A DNA stretch of 45,229 bases. Origin: Anaerobutyricum sp. (GTDB taxonomy: Bacteria; Bacteroidota; Bacteroidia; Bacteroidales; Tannerellaceae). Positions 44,779-45,229 of this stretch are shown here, piece by piece. The notes beneath the pieces were generated by a model. It saw only the letters and a program-made list of their open reading frames with translations, was not told the origin of the DNA and ran no database searches. The stretch covers positions 10,773 through 56,001 of the forward strand of contig CAVGKO010000001.1 of assembly GCA_963629885.1 (NCBI GenBank). The letters are read 5' to 3'. How positions within the stretch are numbered: position 1 is the stretch's first letter; the number at the start of each line of letters is the position of its first letter. Made by a program: the position numbers and the translations under genes.

Positions 44779-44855
44779 CAATGCAATTCAGAAATAAAGC
44801 AACTCGGATTGTTGCGAAATTAGTTGCAAGGATACAACAATAAACCAATTGAACA

Positions 44856-45229
44856 ATGAGCACTCTACATTACTTAGACCAATCCCCCGAGAACATCTAC
44901 ATCACCTTTAAGTCGTGGCATCGTTGCAACGACATTCAAGTGCTTGGTGACCTCCACAACTTCCGCGAAGTTATAACCAAGGATGAGCGAATTGCCGACA
45001 AGCTCTTCATACATAAGACCGATGAGGGTGACAATGTACTACCCGATGATGAGTGTCGCATCGAGGATTGCGATGGCAACACGCTGCTGAGAGATAGAGG
45101 TGCAATTGAAGCTGCTACGGGTACACTCGATATGGGTGATTACAACATCGAGGTGATGAGATTGAGCGACTGCATAGATGAAGCCTATCTTGGGGCGTTA
45201 GAAGCTGAATGCAAAAACCTTCTATATAG
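44856..45229 (+). CDS. Acidic hypothetical early protein, 3'-truncated by the window edge
   Basis: Open from ATG 44856 (MSTLHYLDQSPENIYITFKSW...) to the end of the window. Confidence 0.7.
   Translation, partial: MSTLHYLDQSPENIYITFKSWHRCNDIQVLGDLHNFREVITKDERIADKLFIHKTDEGDNVLPDDECRIEDCDGNTLLRDRGAIEAATGTLDMGDYNIEVMRLSDCIDEAYLGALEAECKNLLY

Noticed and set aside
1..45229. CRISPR array, tRNA genes, integrase, IS elements, stop-codon reassignment
   Set aside because: None recognisable. Standard-code ORFs tile the window, and TAA, TAG and TGA all end genes.

Overview
This window is most of a temperate Bacteroidetes (Prevotella-like) podovirus-type phage or prophage, judged from TAnnTTTG promoters and a P22-like portal with ejection-protein candidates. 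Gene order: 3' part of a C5 DNA methyltransferase, an array of six tiny methyltransferase target-recognition-domain (TRD)-like ORFs, VRR-NUC nuclease, an MqsR/MqsA-like toxin-antitoxin pair (toxin frameshifted), two internal-virion proteins, a 5649-aa polyvalent protein, three paralogous adaptor-like genes, terminases, tail stabilisation protein, KilA-N moron, a divergent putative regulator, scaffold, capsid, portal, adaptor, fibre, lysis genes, a Panacea toxin-antitoxin pair, three conserved hypotheticals and a CI-like repressor. Main finding: the methyltransferase core has no TRD of its own in the window. It is followed by six mostly translationally coupled 50-60 aa TRD-like genes; five carry a G8-9 or C9A9 tract that sets their frame and only one is currently in frame. 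This suggests a combinatorial, phase-variable, split multispecific methyltransferase. Second finding: three antisense promoter-stem-loop-U-tract cassettes (putative small RNAs) sit inside the giant ORF next to putative RNase domains. A conserved late-promoter motif with fixed spacing also occurs three times. All family assignments come from motif recognition by eye, not database searches.
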